64,000 nucleotides of DNA from the human T2T-CHM13v2.0 reference genome, Homo sapiens. The stretch lies in assembly GCF_009914755.1 (NCBI RefSeq), contig NC_060939.1. The stretch is one strand, 5' to 3'. The position numbers were made by a program, and so were the translations under genes. Below are positions 42,271 to 56,805 of this stretch, piece after piece; positions within the stretch are counted from its first letter, which is position 1, and each line of letters begins with the position of its first letter. Below the pieces are notes generated by a model. That model was not told the DNA's origin. It worked only from the letters and a program-made list of their open reading frames with translations, and ran no database searches.

Positions 42271-43223
42271 ATATATGAGTAAGGCATACATTAAGATTAG
42301 TGTATTAATAAAGCTATATTATTTATTAACAGAATAAATTGGATATTAGTTGTAAGTATAAAAATAGTCTTAATTGAACACATAAATGATCATCAAGGTA
42401 TTAAGATTCATCCTTACTTTAACACATTTTAGATACTTTTCTGTACATCTTATAGACACATTTGCCCCTATTCAATCAAGTATTTTCATTACTTCCAATA
42501 ACATTTGAAAATGTTATTTTATACTGAAATTCGTACATAATTCCTTTTGTCTCCTGCCTGAAGTTGGAGGATCGCTTGGTTATCTTTGAGGTAACACAGT
42601 CAGTCAAGGTGGCCATTATACCCCAGGAAGATGAGTTCGGATATGTTTAGAATGACTGCTTTTAGGAACTGTCCCCGAGTTGTGCTTAACTGTAAATTGG
42701 AGGGAAACTGAGCAAAGGCTCAAGGGTAAAATTCTGACATTTTAATATTATACTATATAAAATATGTCTCTAAGTATCTTAGTTGCAGCTGTAAGACCTT
42801 ATTCATAAAACACATCATTTCTATGCTTCTCTTTGGAAATGAAATTGACATTCTTATACTAGTGGAAATGGTAAATGATAAGTTCTTAAATTGTTAATAG
42901 CTTCTCCAGGCTTCTGCTCTCTTGCCATGCAATTGATTTGGCTCCAAAATATAAAAATATTGTGATACGTGCTCATCAGCCTGCAATCCTAGGCTCTTCC
43001 TATCCCTGTAAACAACTTTTAGACTGGGGAATAAATGACAGGGGTCCACTTCTGGGAAGGAAGTATTTTAACATGGGAATCCACTGCACATTTTGTACCC
43101 ATTTTCTTGGATATTGACAGATAATGCACCCAGATTGTGGCTGTATAAAACTTATTTTGCTAAACACAATGTCATACTTAACATATAGTAAATTCTGCCA
43201 ATTGTCCTGCATTCGATGCTTGT

Positions 43224-43260
43224 GGGGGTGGGGGTGGGGGTGGGGCTGGGGAGGGAGGGG
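43224..43260 (+). other. G-quadruplex-forming motif with seven G-runs
   Basis: G5-T-G5-T-G5-T-G4-CT-G4-A-G3-A-G4. Confidence 0.85.
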
Positions 43261-43699
43261 AAAAAAGCTGTGGTATGTGGCACCTGCTGGTAACTAGTAA
43301 ACATCTTGAAGAGGCATTGAATGGAGGAGATAAAGATGGAGCTCAAAAAATAGCAAAAAAGGATCTTGTAACAGGAATGTAAAGGTAACAAGCTTCAAGA
43401 AATTAAATGATGAAATGCATGCAAAGCGAAAATAAGCTAAGGGACTATTTTAATGAAATAAACAAAATGTCCTTGCAAGGTTCTACAATTAATGAAGGTA
43501 GGTGACAAACTGGAGTCCACATTCCCAACCACCACTGCACAGAGAAGTAAACCATTTATATGTTGTTCCAGAATGTCCATGAGAACAATGAATTAGATGT
43601 TCAATATAAGATCTAATAAAAGTTTCTCACATCTTCATAAAGAGCCCACTGTGTGTAAAAGGAGATGCACGGTGTGATTCTCAAGTAAACCTTTGAAAA

Positions 43700-44280
<581 letters not shown>

Positions 44281-45079
44281 TTTAGACATTCACATATTGA
44301 ATGTAATGAGCAATGGATTTCAACATCCTTTAAGTAAATACAAGGTCTTTCAGCCCTCTTTCATTTAAACACTGCTCAGTGCAAGCCAATGGTGAATTCT
44401 GGCTGAAAGAAATGCAATTCAGTGTAAGCAATTCAGCAAGACAGGGAGGTTGTCAAAATGACACCAAAGGGGTACCTAGCTCTCCTGTGATCTGTTCAGC
44501 TCCTGGGTTGGATTGGACCACGTTGGATGAGGGCATGAAGATCCTTTGCTTCAGGAAACCCTCCACAGATATGTGTCTCTCCAGTTGAGCATTTGATAAG
44601 CAGCAGCTCTGGGTTCAAAGTTCTATTCCCTGCCAAGTACTATGTCTTCTGTTAAGTGCAGTAGCTTGAATATTCAACCAAGCAGACTTAGAACAGATGC
44701 CCTCAAGGGGTGTGGAACTTGACAAATACAAGTGCCTGAATATAAGGCACCCCCAGCAAGCAACGCTGAGGGTCCCAGTGGGCAGATCTTGCCTGAACTC
44801 CAGGCAGGTGGGTGGCAAAGCACCAGATTTCAATGCAGAGTCAGATCGCTACTCTTTCATTTTTATTTCAAATAAACAATTTATTCAATCATAATTGTTT
44901 GATTAGTATTTTGTGTATGAAGTTTAATAAATGCATAAAATAAGGGAGCAGTTTGGGCAACTATATTAAATATTAAACAGCAGAGCATAATAGTGCAAAG
45001 TCCTTACTGTATTCTTTATTGCTGCGTTTTTCATCGCAGCCCATCAGCAAGTGAGTAAACAAGTTCACCACAGTCTGGG

Positions 45080-45396
<317 letters not shown>

Positions 45397-45931
45397 TAAG
45401 CAGATGTGACCAAACTGCCGCCTTGGTCATTAAAATATACTAATGTTGCTAAAAATTCCAGGAAAGCAGCTATAGTCCTGGAGATCTGAATGCATACAGT
45501 GCTCCCAGAGGCCATACCCCCACCTCACCATCAAGAAGGCAAAGGGTTGACGCTCCCCCTCAACCATCTTCTCCTCCCAATTCATTTCCAGGTATAGTCA
45601 CTTTAGCTGGTTGCACATGTATATTAATGGAGCAAGGAAAACTGTCCATGGGGATTTTCCTGTCTCCTCATTCCCACCCACAATCCCCAGGAATGGCCTT
45701 CACTGTATAAGCTGGTTTTTCTAGAGAAGTCTTTTATAAGCATTCTAACAAGTGGCTTCACTTGGCCACATTGTGGATCCTAGAGGAGTCTTGAGGAAGG
45801 AGCCTACTCAGGAGCCCTAGGGTTTCTTTGTTTACTAAGTCAGATAACTACCAACCCTCCTTTCATAGGTGAAGAATCCTGAGGTGAACGGTGTGTCTGC
45901 ACCATCAAGATCGTGTGCCTCTGGTCTAGAC

Positions 45932-46112
45932 CATCAGTTCTCAAAATGTGGCCTCCAGGTTATCAACATCAGGCTGAGAACCCGTTAGGAGTGGCAATTC
46001 TCAGCTTCACTCCAGGCCTACTAAATCAAAAGCTCTGGGACTAGGTCCAGCAAGTCTGTGGTCTAGCAAGCCTACCAGGTGATTGTGATGCTTGCTAAGG
46101 TTTGAAAAGTAT
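45932..46112. mobile_element. MER5A-type hAT-Charlie MITE
   Basis: gttctcaaaatgtgg...ccaggcctactaaatcaaaagctctggg...caggtgattgtgatgc...aggtttgaaaa. Confidence 0.8.
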
Positions 46113-46137
46113 ACATTATTCTCAATTCTGATCCTTC

Positions 46138-46330
46138 CAGAGGTGGTAGAGAACAGCGTAGAGTGTGGATCCTACAGCCAGGCTTTCTAACTTCTCACCA
46201 TAGGTTTCCCACTAATTGGATGATGTTCCACAAGTTACTTCACCCTTCTGTGCCTCAGTTTACTTATCTGTAAATGAAGTTCATGGTAGTGTACCTACTA
46301 CTCATTGGATGGTTGTGAGAATTCAATGGA
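46138..46330 (+). mobile_element. MIR
   Basis: caagttacttcacccttctgtgcctcagtttacttatctgtaaatg. Confidence 0.8.
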
Positions 46331-46399
46331 TTGTTTTAATTTTTGTTAGCTATTTTTATTGGGTTTAAACTACTTGTTGAGGTGACTTCTCCTAAGAGA

Positions 46400-46570
46400 A
46401 GGAAGACCTGATCTGAGTTCTGCCTTGCACAAACACCTTTACCCTTCTGAGCCTCAACAACTCCGTCTGTAAAATGGGAAGATTACATCTGAGCTACTTG
46501 CATCACTGAGCTGGCATGAAGACAAAGTGAGAAAATGTGGCAGTGCCTTGTAAACCGAAAGAGCTATTCA
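46400..46570 (+). mobile_element. MIR
   Basis: ttctgagcctcaacaactccgtctgtaaaatgggaag. Confidence 0.65.
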
Positions 46571-46845
46571 AGGCAAAGTAGTAAATACATGCCACACCCA
46601 CCAACTTGGCTACATGACTTTCTCCCTCAACAGCTACAGTGTGAATCCAGCGAGCTATCTTTCTCAGTTTCTTCCCACCAGCCGATCACCCTACTCTCTT
46701 TTTAGGGCAATTCATATTGAGAACAGCTGCCACAGTCTGCAAGTTCTTTTTCTACTGTCTCGCGTAGTGTTTTAGACATCAGACATTCTGCCCCCTTTTC
46801 AATGACATTATTAACTCCATCTGAGTTGGAAATATGCCATAGGTA

Positions 46846-47211
<366 letters not shown>

Positions 47212-47249
47212 CTATGGCGAAGATGCATTACTAATACATCCTAATGATT

Positions 47250-47455
47250 GAATAACTATTAGGAACAAGGTACTGTACCAAGGCTCCACATACCTCATTT
47301 CACTTAGTTATCAGAACAACCAAGAAAGCAAGAACTCCAAATATTTCTGTTTTACAAGTAAGAAAACCAAGGCTGAGAGGTTAAGTAACTTGACCAATGT
47401 TTTCCAGCTAGGAAGATCTCTTGAATTCCAAGAGTTCTTTCAACAGATCCACACT
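47250..47455 (-). mobile_element. MIR
   Basis: ttttacaagtaagaaaaccaaggctgagaggttaagtaacttgacc. Confidence 0.75.
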
Positions 47456-50400
47456 GTAGAATAAAATCATCTTTTTCTGGAATGCTTTTGGCACTTTGAA
47501 AATTCAGCATGCTAAGGTGGGAACAAAGACAAATGAACCAGCTCATATCACATGGCTCTAGATAAGAAAACTTGCATTTGGGTAGAGTTCAAGTGGCATT
47601 TCAGAAATGAATGCTCAATAAGCATTTCATCATTCTCCAGGCACTACCTTTTGTCACCACGAAAATCAAGGCTGTGCTGTGGACGGCACCTAACATTCCC
47701 TAAGTAAGCCAAAATCAAATTACTGCTCGAATCGCATTTTACAATTATTAAACTTACCATGTAGGTTTACCTGTTTGCCTCCTCCTAGGGTACATCGTTT
47801 TTTAGCCAATAATCAAAATGACATGCGACAATATCTTTTATTGACTTTATTTTTTAAATACTTTTTATCAAAGATGCCAATATGTAGAGAATCGCTTAGA
47901 AAAGCTCAAGTATCTGTAAAATCTAAAGTTTATTTTAAAATGTGCGCTACATAACAGGATTCTGTTTACCCATAATATTATATTAGGATTTGAGATAAAA
48001 ATGTTCAAAGATCACCAAATGGGTATATAAAAACCTAGGACTGCAGAAATTTAAATAGAGCCAGACCTTTCAATCAACTTCTTTACTTGAGATGTGATGT
48101 CTGACAGCTTCAGTAGACTCACCCATGCTTCTGCAACTAGTGGAAGCAAGACTCAAAACCTAGGTTTTTAATGGGGTTTTAAGCCTAGCATTGTTATAAT
48201 GCCTTGAAAAAAAAAATCTATGTAGTCTCCCAAGCATACAGACCTGAGAATTGCCCTCCAGATATATTTGAATAAATTAATTTGCTAACTCAATTGCAAA
48301 TGAAATGTAATTCAATGGATCTTTTCATCTCATGCATGAGTTCTGCTGAGGTTCAGAGTGCATTTGCTTCAACTTTTGAAGTAGATTTTGTAAAGTTCCT
48401 TAGCTGTTACCCATGGATGGTGTGAATTTATGGAGTGCTAGCCTGGATGAAAACAGCATTATAACATAAAATGCATCATTAATACTTTAAAACCCAGTAT
48501 GATTTATATTTATATAAATAACATAAAGGAAGCCAATTAAACCAAAGTCACTGGAGTGTAAATAACATAAGAACTTATTGTTCTGTAAGCTACAGAAAAT
48601 AAACTAATAATGAAAGTATTTATCATACATCTAAAAACTATGCAGGTATGAGTGGGTTAAGCTGACTGCAAGGGGAAAACGTTTTTGTTTTCCCAACATC
48701 CTCTAATGCAGGCCCAACATTTTATCCAATTTAGATCCATTTAAAACATGACATTATATCTGCAAGTTACCTTTTGTCCATTCAAGTAATTAATAATTTA
48801 AGTTAACAAGGATGTCTTGATTCAAATGCTGTAATCTGACTAGGAGGATATTTAAAATTCATTACAGTACATTAAACTTGCAGTGAACAGTTAGCTTCAT
48901 TGCAAAATAAATAAATAGCCAATTTGCTTTGATCAGCAGAAATTCTGATAAAATCAGCAAAACACCAATTAAAATGTGAAAAATATCACCTACCATAGTT
49001 AGTCTAATGGAACATGCTCTTACAGGAAGGAACTGATTCAATGTTTATTTTCATACCAGCTGTGGCTTCCAAATGTAAATCATTTCACTTCTTGCTAGTG
49101 TATGCCGATCCTCCGTGGCCCCTGCATTGATCCTATGGTCGAATAATTTGCACGTAGTATTACATAACAAGGAAGCTCTACTGGGGCTGCAGTTGAATTC
49201 CCTTAATTGTCTGGCAAATCATCATTTTCTTTATGTGTTTTACTAGTATTCTCATTTTGGGGATTACTGTTAACTGATGGAGGGCAAAAGCCATCACCAA
49301 ATAGCCACAGTTCTTCCTGGCACATGTGACAACTGTCCTAGGTTGAGACAATCTCTTTTACAATAATTCTGACACTTTGATCTTTCTTGTCACATCAGTC
49401 ACTGGAGTCTGTTAGTACAACGCTATGTATCCACATAATTCAGACTTCTGTTGCAGCGCAAGTTCGAGTTCAGTACGGGTTTGCTTATTTCTAGGATTTA
49501 ACCCAGTACCAGGAGCCTGCCAATGCTAGTAAATGAGCTCTGGATGGACTGAGGAGTCTCTCTTGAATCTCAGAACCCAGGAACCAGTTTTCAGGTCCTC
49601 AGTGCTTTCGAAGTGAAAGAATAATTAAGGTAAAAGCAGAAAAGGCTACTTAACACTTCTCTGCATGCCCCATTTATGGAATTTTTGTTAAAGAACAAAA
49701 ATAGAATTGCATCAAACTGCAAGATGGATTTTCTTTCCTCATCTGCCTTTTCTTCTATGTAGGCAGTTTCTTCTTGACAGAAACCATGAATTCATTTCTA
49801 ACAAGCACTGTGGAATCTCTGTCAGTTCGGCCACTTCAGAAATTAGTAACAGGAAAGGAATGTGCAAAAATGAAAACAGTTGCGCTGTGTCGTGGGTGCT
49901 GTTTTCTTCTTTTGAATTTTCTCAAAATGTTGCTTCATCATCTTTTCAATAATTAGATGCAATAGATATCAAGGAAGAAATGTTTATGATGAGACCCTCA
50001 TTGTGGCCCATTTGCAGATACACTTGCTCATTATCTAGGAAGGAGATGGAGCCTGAGTTTAAGCAAATCCATAATTCGAGAACTCCAAAGTTAGATTTTA
50101 AAACCTTAGGGCAATCCATAATGAGTTTACAATGAAATGAAATAGAGTTTTATGGAGTTTAAAACAACTAATTGTTTGGGAGCTGCTTTCATTCATTTGA
50201 AGTTTTGTCCAATTATTGCCATTGCATTTCACTCCTTGAATTTATATTTTTCCCAGAGTTAGGGGGTTCTTTGGAATAGTAAGAGGATGTGCCAGCCCAT
50301 TTGCCAATAAGATGAATCCTACATGTTTGCCTTAAACCTATACTATACCTGCAAAACTCAACCTTGAACCTACCCGTATGAATTTGAGACTGTATTGTAT

Positions 50401-50477
50401 CCTTTAAAAAAAGTAGAGAGACCCATGATCCTACCCGCAACTGGTTATTTCCATGTGATTAGAAAAGCATAATGGTG

Positions 50478-50603
50478 ATACCTAAATGACGAGTTAACAG
50501 GTGCAGCACACCAACATGGCACATGTATACACATGTAACAAACCTGCACGTTGTGCACATGTACCCTAGAACTTAAAGTATAATAATAATAAATAAATAA
50601 GTA
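50478..50603 (+). mobile_element. Extremely 5'-truncated primate L1PA (about L1PA3-5) 3' end
   Basis: gacgagttaacaggtgcagcacaccaacatggcacatg...taccctagaacttaaagtataataa; perfect 17-bp TSD agaaaagcataatggtg at 50461-50477 and 50604-50620. Confidence 0.95.
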
Positions 50604-50609
50604 AGAAAA

Positions 50610-50800
50610 GCATAATGGTGTAGGGGTGAAACCAGAATGGTTTTTATACAGACCCCAGCCACCACCACGTTTGTGTGATCTTAGGCAAACGCCTTAAGCT
50701 CTCCAAGCCTCATTTTCCAGTATTTCTACAATGGGATAACAATACGCTTAATTGACTGGATTGTTGTGAAGACTGGATGATCATAAATGTGAAGTATGTA
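50610..50800 (+). mobile_element. MIR
   Basis: tgtgtgatcttaggcaaacgccttaagctctccaagcctc...aatgggataacaata. Confidence 0.7.
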
Positions 50801-51603
50801 GGATAATTCAGCAAGGCATTCTGTACCTTATCTGGCAACTCAGGGCTTAAGTTCTGGTATTTACAGACTTTAAAATTTCATGCTTTTCCTCAATTATTTG
50901 GGAATCAAGCAAAGAGAAGGTTAGAAGTAAAATATTTAGATGATTGCCCTAATTCTTCACTTTACGCACAGAGGAAGAAAGTTTCCACTGTCACTCTGGA
51001 TGTCCTTGGGACACCATGACATGCAATCAACATCAGCTGTGCTGGCTGATAATTCAGAGGCTATGATACCCTTGTTTATGGCACCTTCAGTTCCAAAGAC
51101 ATTTTTACTTGACTAATTCACTGTTTCATACCAAGCAGGGGATGAAGAAGAAATCATTCAAACTAAATGCTACTTTGAAGTTCAGTTACTTGGCTGGAAA
51201 ACAGCAGATAAATTGATAATTGCAAATGGTCTGAAATTTGAATAATTTCTTTTCCACTTCAACTAAATCTATTGAGCACACCCAAATAATTTAAAAGTGC
51301 TGAAAATAAGCAGTATTGGGGATTAATGAAGGCAATATATTCACTGTTGCATTTATTATTTCTAAATTATAGCACTACCACTTGAAGGAATGCAATGAAG
51401 TTGAAATGAAGCAATTTTGTTGTTAAATATTGTCATTTAGAATAAAACGCATGTGACTGTAGAACTGAAATCACACAGGCTGTTGCTGTTTACTTTTCAT
51501 ACTCATTTTCAAGTGAATTTTTAGAAAAAGTAATAACAAGAAAGTCCTGTGGTTCAATGACACCACGAAGGATTTACCAGACTTTGCTTAGAATGGGAGG
51601 CCC

Positions 51604-52008
<405 letters not shown>

Positions 52009-52401
52009 TTAGATTGGCTCTAACATAGTACCTCAAAGAACTTAGTGGGGTCATGTGAAACTTTGGTTTTGAAGTCAGAGGGACCCAGGCATCAGGAGGT
52101 TCTTTAGGGGCACAGACCTGTCCTCATAGAGCTTATTTTCTATTGGGGGAGATTAAAAATTAAAATATTTTACGTCAGATGATGACGGGTGTTATGGGAG
52201 GAAAATGGGCTTTTTGGCTGTGTGGCTTTGGGCAAATTACTTATCCTCTCTGAGCTTCAAGGCTCTTTTAAGAACTACAGATAACTTATGCAAGGGCACA
52301 CAGTTCCTGAGGGGCAGAAGTGATAACTGCGATTGTTTTTATTACTCTTATTTTCACTATTATTTTTCCTCCATTTTGTTAGAAATGAAAACCAACAAAA
52401 T

Positions 52402-52600
52402 TAGGGTTGCCAGATAAAACACAGGATGCCCAGTTAAATTTAAATTTCAGAAAAACAATGAATAATTTCTTAGCATACATATGTCCCATACAATATGTGG
52501 AATATACTTAAACTAAAAAAAATCATTTATTATTTATCTGAAATTCAAATTTAACCAGGCATTCTGTATCCTCTTCCCTCCCCAAAATATAGCAACCCTG
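52402..52600. mobile_element. MER53 palindromic hAT MITE
   Basis: agggttgc...gcaaccct terminal inverted repeats; internal arms gttaaatttaaatttcaga / tctgaaattcaaatttaac. Confidence 0.9.
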
Positions 52601-52700
52601 AGGGAAAAAGCCCCCTCAGGGAAATCTGTTGAAATTAAGATCCTTCTGAGTCAAGTTCTCCTTCCCTGCTAATTTCTCCACAACTTTGATGTTTTCTTTA

Positions 52701-53110
<410 letters not shown>

Positions 53111-53324
53111 CTAGTATCTTCAGGGCAGCTCTGTATTCCTTAGAGCAGAGTTCTGTGCATGTGGGGCCACCAGGAATACAACTTCATCTGTGAAACAGGA
53201 TGCAAAGTAACAACAGTGATCTACCTGTAGGGCATCATGGATGGCATGTGCTCAAGGGCGTGGAAACTCAGTGTGGAGCTCGGCACAAGGTAAGTGCACA
53301 AAACAGCAAAATAATTGTTATTAT

Positions 53325-53722
53325 TCACTCATCCATTCCACAAACATTGACTGAGTTCCTCCTATATGATGGGTACTGTTTGAGGCACAGTGAACAACTT
53401 CCATTGTCTGGAGGTTCCACACAGCATAGACCCTACTGTCATAGAACTTACTTTCTAATGTCAGAGACAAATAAAATGCTGTACATCAGATGATATTAAG
53501 TACTATGGAAGGCAAAAAGGGAAGGTGGGGATAGAGTGTGACAGGAAGTTATTCTCAGCTGGGTGGTTGCAGAAGAAAGGCAGCACCAATGAATGACATT
53601 CGAGCAGAATCCTCAATGAAGGTAGACAGCAAGCCACACAGATATCTGGGAGAGGAACATTCAAGGAGGCAACAGCAAAAGCAAAGGCCCTAATACAGGT
53701 AAATGTTGATATGTTGGAGGGA
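53325..53722 (-). mobile_element. L2 3' region
   Basis: cattccacaaacattgactgagttcc...gacattcgagcagaatcctcaatga...aacagcaaaagcaaaggccct. Confidence 0.8.
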
Positions 53723-54769
53723 AATCATTATTGATGAGATGGACGAGGAAATCCGTCACAACAAGCCAGTTTACCTGGAAAGACTAGTCTTATATAGACC
53801 TCAGGCTCTCATCTTCAACCCATTTGCAACCCCTGCTTGCAAAGCTTGATGAATCCCTGGTATGTGTCTGAAAAAGTGCCACACTTTTGAAGCCTGTGCT
53901 TAGGAGGAGCAAACACTGTCCCAGCTGCTGCCACTGGGTATCTACACAGTAGGCAATGTTCCCACAGCCACCTGGATGTGGAACTACACATAGAACCTTG
54001 CAATGGGAAGACAGCTTCCAGCTCATCACACCCACTTCCATTTTTGCTTTCTATTCAGCTATTTTTCTTTTCTTAGCTTTCTAAGCCTTGTTACATTGAA
54101 TAATCACCACAAAATTCTGTCCCTTCAAGTGGCTAGTATAGAAGCCGACCTCTGGCACCTCTTTTTCCTAGTCATCATGCAGTGCATGTAAGTTGGTGAC
54201 ATCACCTTCAGGAGAAGTCTAGGTTATTTAAAATCTTTGAAAAATGCAGCTTGACTAGTTTTTTAGTACCTTCAAACCATCCTATCTTTAGAGCTCTTGA
54301 AAGTGCTTCCAAGAATAGAGCAGAATTATTTAAAATAATCAAATTCCTTTTAACATGCCAGTCCTATATTAAAGTGGTCCTTGGATTTAGTAATTGTTTC
54401 TCACTCTTAAGTAGAATAAACATTTCTTTCATTTACATTTCTTTCTACTTTTCTCCTATATAAAATATAAAGATACCCAGTAAATTAATGTGATAGGATC
54501 TATACATTCAACATTGTAAAGAACTTATTTGTAAAGTTCTTTTTATTCCTCTCAGTAAATATTTTATCACTGTGGTGGTGGGTAAAATAGATACTAGGAC
54601 ATTGTTCCTGCTGCTGCACCTACCAGAATGAACCCTGATATGTCCAGGATACTGAGGCATAAAAAATTGCCTCTGATAGAGCTTCTGAAAATTTGGTAGG
54701 TGCAGTTGAAGACCTCGGAACAATGGTTCCTTGAACTTTCTGCACAGGACATGTTTATTCCTTTTTGAC

Positions 54770-54975
54770 TTTTTTTGAGACAAAATCTCACTTGATGCCC
54801 AGGCTGGGTGTAGTGCAGTGGAGCAATTACAGCTCACTGCAGCCTCAACCTCCCGGGCTCAGGTGATCCTCCCACCTCAGCCTCCTAACTGGGACTACAG
54901 GCACACACTGGCATGACCGGCTAATTTTTCGTATTTTTTTGTAGGGATGAGGCTTCGTTATATTGTCCAGCCTGG
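54770..54975 (-). mobile_element. 5'-truncated AluJ
   Basis: cagctcactgcagcctcaacctcccgggctcaggtgatcctccc; TSD cctttttgac at 54760-54769 and 54976-54985. Confidence 0.92.
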
Positions 54976-56619
54976 CCTTTTTGACGTTTATCAAAATGTG
55001 TGAGCAATTTCCAGTGCTACTGACAACACAGGAGCCCATAAAGGGGAAAAAGCCATTCAGGCTAGAAGTTCACTACATTGAATCCTTTAACCTATTAAGA
55101 AGTATGTATTGTAAGACAAAGAGTGTACTGTAAGTTATGTTAACTAGCTAAGTCATCCTTTAGGAAGGTGAAACCATTTGCTAAGATCCCTACCCCACGT
55201 GCTGACCAAGGATTTCCATTTCCATGACAAATGGCCACCCTCTCTTATCTCCTTGGATGAAGATCCCTGGCTACAGCTTCTATCACCCTTGGATCTGGTT
55301 ATAACCCTCAGAACGAAAGTCTTTAAAAAAAAGGAAAAGATTCTCAGCCTGACACGCTGGTTTTGTCTGAGAGATTTGGCTTACAAAAATAGTGCTATAT
55401 ACTGACTGCATGCCCACTTTATAGAAGTGACTATTGTTAATTAAGCACCAACTTCTCATTGTAATTATCTACCTTAAAAAGAATTCTGCCTGAAGGCGGA
55501 AGGGCTCCCGAACATTTTATTTTGTGACATTGAAGATAAATCCCAACCTCCCAAAAGTTCTTTCCTTCCCACAACAAAAAATAGGATGTAGAACATTAAA
55601 ATGACAACAATAACAATCCCCCTTCCACTCCCCAAAATAACCTGGAGAGGAAAACAGCAGCTTCCTATAAACAAACACCATGAAAACTTAATGTATTTAT
55701 TAGTAAAGAAAAATAAACCTTCCTCTCCATGCTGGTCAGTTATCCCGTTCATTTCTTAATAGTCCTATATTCATAAAAGGCCGAAGGACTCTGCCCTTGA
55801 CAAGCTAACTGAGCAGGAAAAGGCAATCATGTGTACAAGGCTGTCACCCACCCCACAAATTATGATAAAATATACCTCAGGATTGCAAAAAAGAGTTGCA
55901 TATCTCCAGTGACATCCACAGTAGTACGTTTAAGGATTTGAATAGAACAGCAATTTATTTTGCACTAACATGTTTTATGGTTATCATCAAGCATTATGTC
56001 TTCAGAGACTGAAAGGTGATGTTTTTATGGACTCTGGCTCCTTGTTGCATTATCTTCACAGCTCAGAAATGATCTCTTGCTCTTTTTTTAGTTCCTCCTT
56101 CTCACCCACTACCTTTGCCCCTCCTTTAACAAAGCAGCGATTTTTGCAAAGAAAAGGGGAAAAAACAAAATAAATCCGCATTAGACAAAGGGCACAAATG
56201 AACAGATTTCCAACCCTGAATAGTTTCAGAATGAATGATTATCTGGCTAATTAGTGAAATAAATAATAATAATTGCCTGTCCCTCCTCATTAGAGCCCTT
56301 AATAGCAAATGGAACCCCAGTGCAGAGTGCCAGCAAGCTGGTTTCACAGCTCAGTGCTGAGTTGAGAAAAATAGACAGTCTGTATTGCAGATGTTCACAT
56401 GCCAACCCTAAAACCAGAAAAGCCAGAAAAACTGGGGACTTCAGGATCTGTAAGGGAGATGGCTTGGGACATAGAGGGAATATTTCTGACTTCCTTCCAT
56501 GCTTAAGAATTATGCTATGTTCTGGGCATCCAAGAAGTGAGCTAAGACCTATGAACATAGACCATGGACGCCAGAACACAGAAGAAGTTATTCTTATTGT
56601 TCAAAGTTTATCCAGTAGC

Positions 56620-56805
56620 AGCTAAGTTCTTAAAGTCCGATCCAATCCAACTGCAGCATTATTTATCTTGCTGCTTGTTAAACCCATGGGTTCCGGGCTC
56701 CCTCCCAGACCACCGACTCAGAAGCTCTGGGACTGGGCCCAAGGCCTGCATGCTCATCAGGATTACCGAGTGCTTCTTATGCCCCTGAAATTTGAGAACC
56801 TCTAC
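56620..56805. mobile_element. MER5-type MITE
   Basis: cttgttaaa...cccagaccaccgactcagaagctctggg...ttcttatgcccctgaaatttgagaacc. Confidence 0.7.

Noticed and set aside
45636-45660. NF-kB 10-mer GGGATTTTCC within an imperfect inverted repeat
   Set aside because: A single degenerate 10-mer is expected by chance in 64 kb and has no supporting cluster.
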